From a virus (Duplodnaviria; Caudoviricetes), in the IMG/VR virus record IMGVR_UViG_3300034126_000020, positions 128,001-192,000 of that record: DNA of 64,000 nt; one strand, given 5' to 3'. The notes under the pieces are model-generated. The model had not been told where the DNA came from, searched no databases, and worked only from the letters and a program-made list of their open reading frames with translations. A program made the position numbers and the translations under genes. Below are positions 63,249-64,000 of this stretch, in pieces. Numbering within the stretch: position 1 is the stretch's first letter; the number at the start of each line of letters is the position of its first letter.

Positions 63249-64000
63249 TTATTCGATTGGCAGGTGGTCGATGACGATGGCATTGGTGATGTCGATCTTG
63301 TCGTTCAGCATCACCTTGATCGCCCGAGCCAGGAAGTTGTACTGGTAGATCGGGAGGCGGAAGACTTCGTTGCGTTCATGGGCTTCAATGCTCACGTACC
63401 GCTCGTCGAATCCCTTGGTCGTTGGCTCGTATTTGAGCAGCCAGTTATACCCCTCACACCACTTGCGCACATCCACGTCGCTGTAGTACTCAGTCAGCGG
63501 GATCTGGTCAAAGTACCCACTGATCAAGTCGTGCATCAGCTTGCCCACGAAGGGACTGTACACGGAGTGACGGTGCGGGATCAGGTTGACCTCTTGTGGA
63601 GGGACCTCACCAGCCCGGATGGTCATGTAGTCTTCGATCTGCTTGTCAGTGGCTTCCGCCACCGCTCGCATGTCGTACGCATCCTGATACGTCACGCCCC
63701 GCAAAGGGATCAACGGCTCAGTGACCTGATACGGTGCACCGTTACGCACGTTCTTCAGAACCACTTCCGGGCGGTCTTCTGCCCAGCTCAGTTCATCACG
63801 GCTCCAGATACGACCATCGGCAATGACGCGGATCACCTTGTCATCACGCAGGTTCCAACGGTTGTTACGGCTGAGCAGACCGTTCTCCACGAACCCGTAC
63901 TCTGCCTCTTTGACCCGAGACATGTCTGGGTTGCAGAAGCCGGTGTGACGGATGGTGATGACGTTCTTCGTCCCCACTTGGTTGCGGTACTGCCGGTTGA
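63249..64000 (-). CDS. Virion/baseplate structural protein (phiKZ gp27-like), 5'-truncated
   Basis: Frame stays open past GTG 63977 to the window edge. Confidence 0.7.
   Translation of the reverse strand, partial: NRQYRNQVGTKNVITIRHTGFCNPDMSRVKEAEYGFVENGLLSRNNRWNLRDDKVIRVIADGRIWSRDELSWAEDRPEVVLKNVRNGAPYQVTEPLIPLRGVTYQDAYDMRAVAEATDKQIEDYMTIRAGEVPPQEVNLIPHRHSVYSPFVGKLMHDLISGYFDQIPLTEYYSDVDVRKWCEGYNWLLKYEPTTKGFDERYVSIEAHERNEVFRLPIYQYNFLARAIKVMLNDKIDITNAIVIDHLPIE

Noticed and set aside
57935-64000. Gene order around terL differs from my recollection of phiKZ
   Set aside because: Block rearrangements are common among Chimalliviridae, and I cannot verify the orthology numbering without a search.

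Overview
This is a 64-kb segment of a nucleus-forming jumbo phage (phiKZ-like, Chimalliviridae). It carries the core nucleus and replication block: chimallin, PhuZ tubulin, ChmC-like and PicA-like nucleus proteins, four non-virion RNAP subunits, a virion RNAP beta-prime middle subunit, a family-B DNA polymerase core, an SF2 helicase, an SbcD-like nuclease, the large terminase and virion genes. Most genes read on the minus strand. A shared GATACATTAT-type motif precedes several early genes, and many terminator hairpins are present. The most unusual signals are: (1) a tRNA operon (His, Asn, Gln, Asp, Tyr) interleaved with several ~100-nt long-stem RNAs, one CCA-ended, plus a tRNA with a 36-nt hairpin inserted in its anticodon loop; (2) a T_TTT_TTC slippery site whose -1 frame fuses a T4 gp26-like protein to a downstream gp51-like ORF, resembling a G/GT tail-chaperone frameshift; (3) a catalytically degenerate GIY-YIG domain fusion; (4) an early DarG-like macrodomain; (5) 10-bp-phased iteron-like repeats upstream of the helicase; (6) a tandem array of divergent small paralogues between the DNA polymerase and PhuZ. 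All family assignments come from motif and synteny recognition by eye. No database searches were run.
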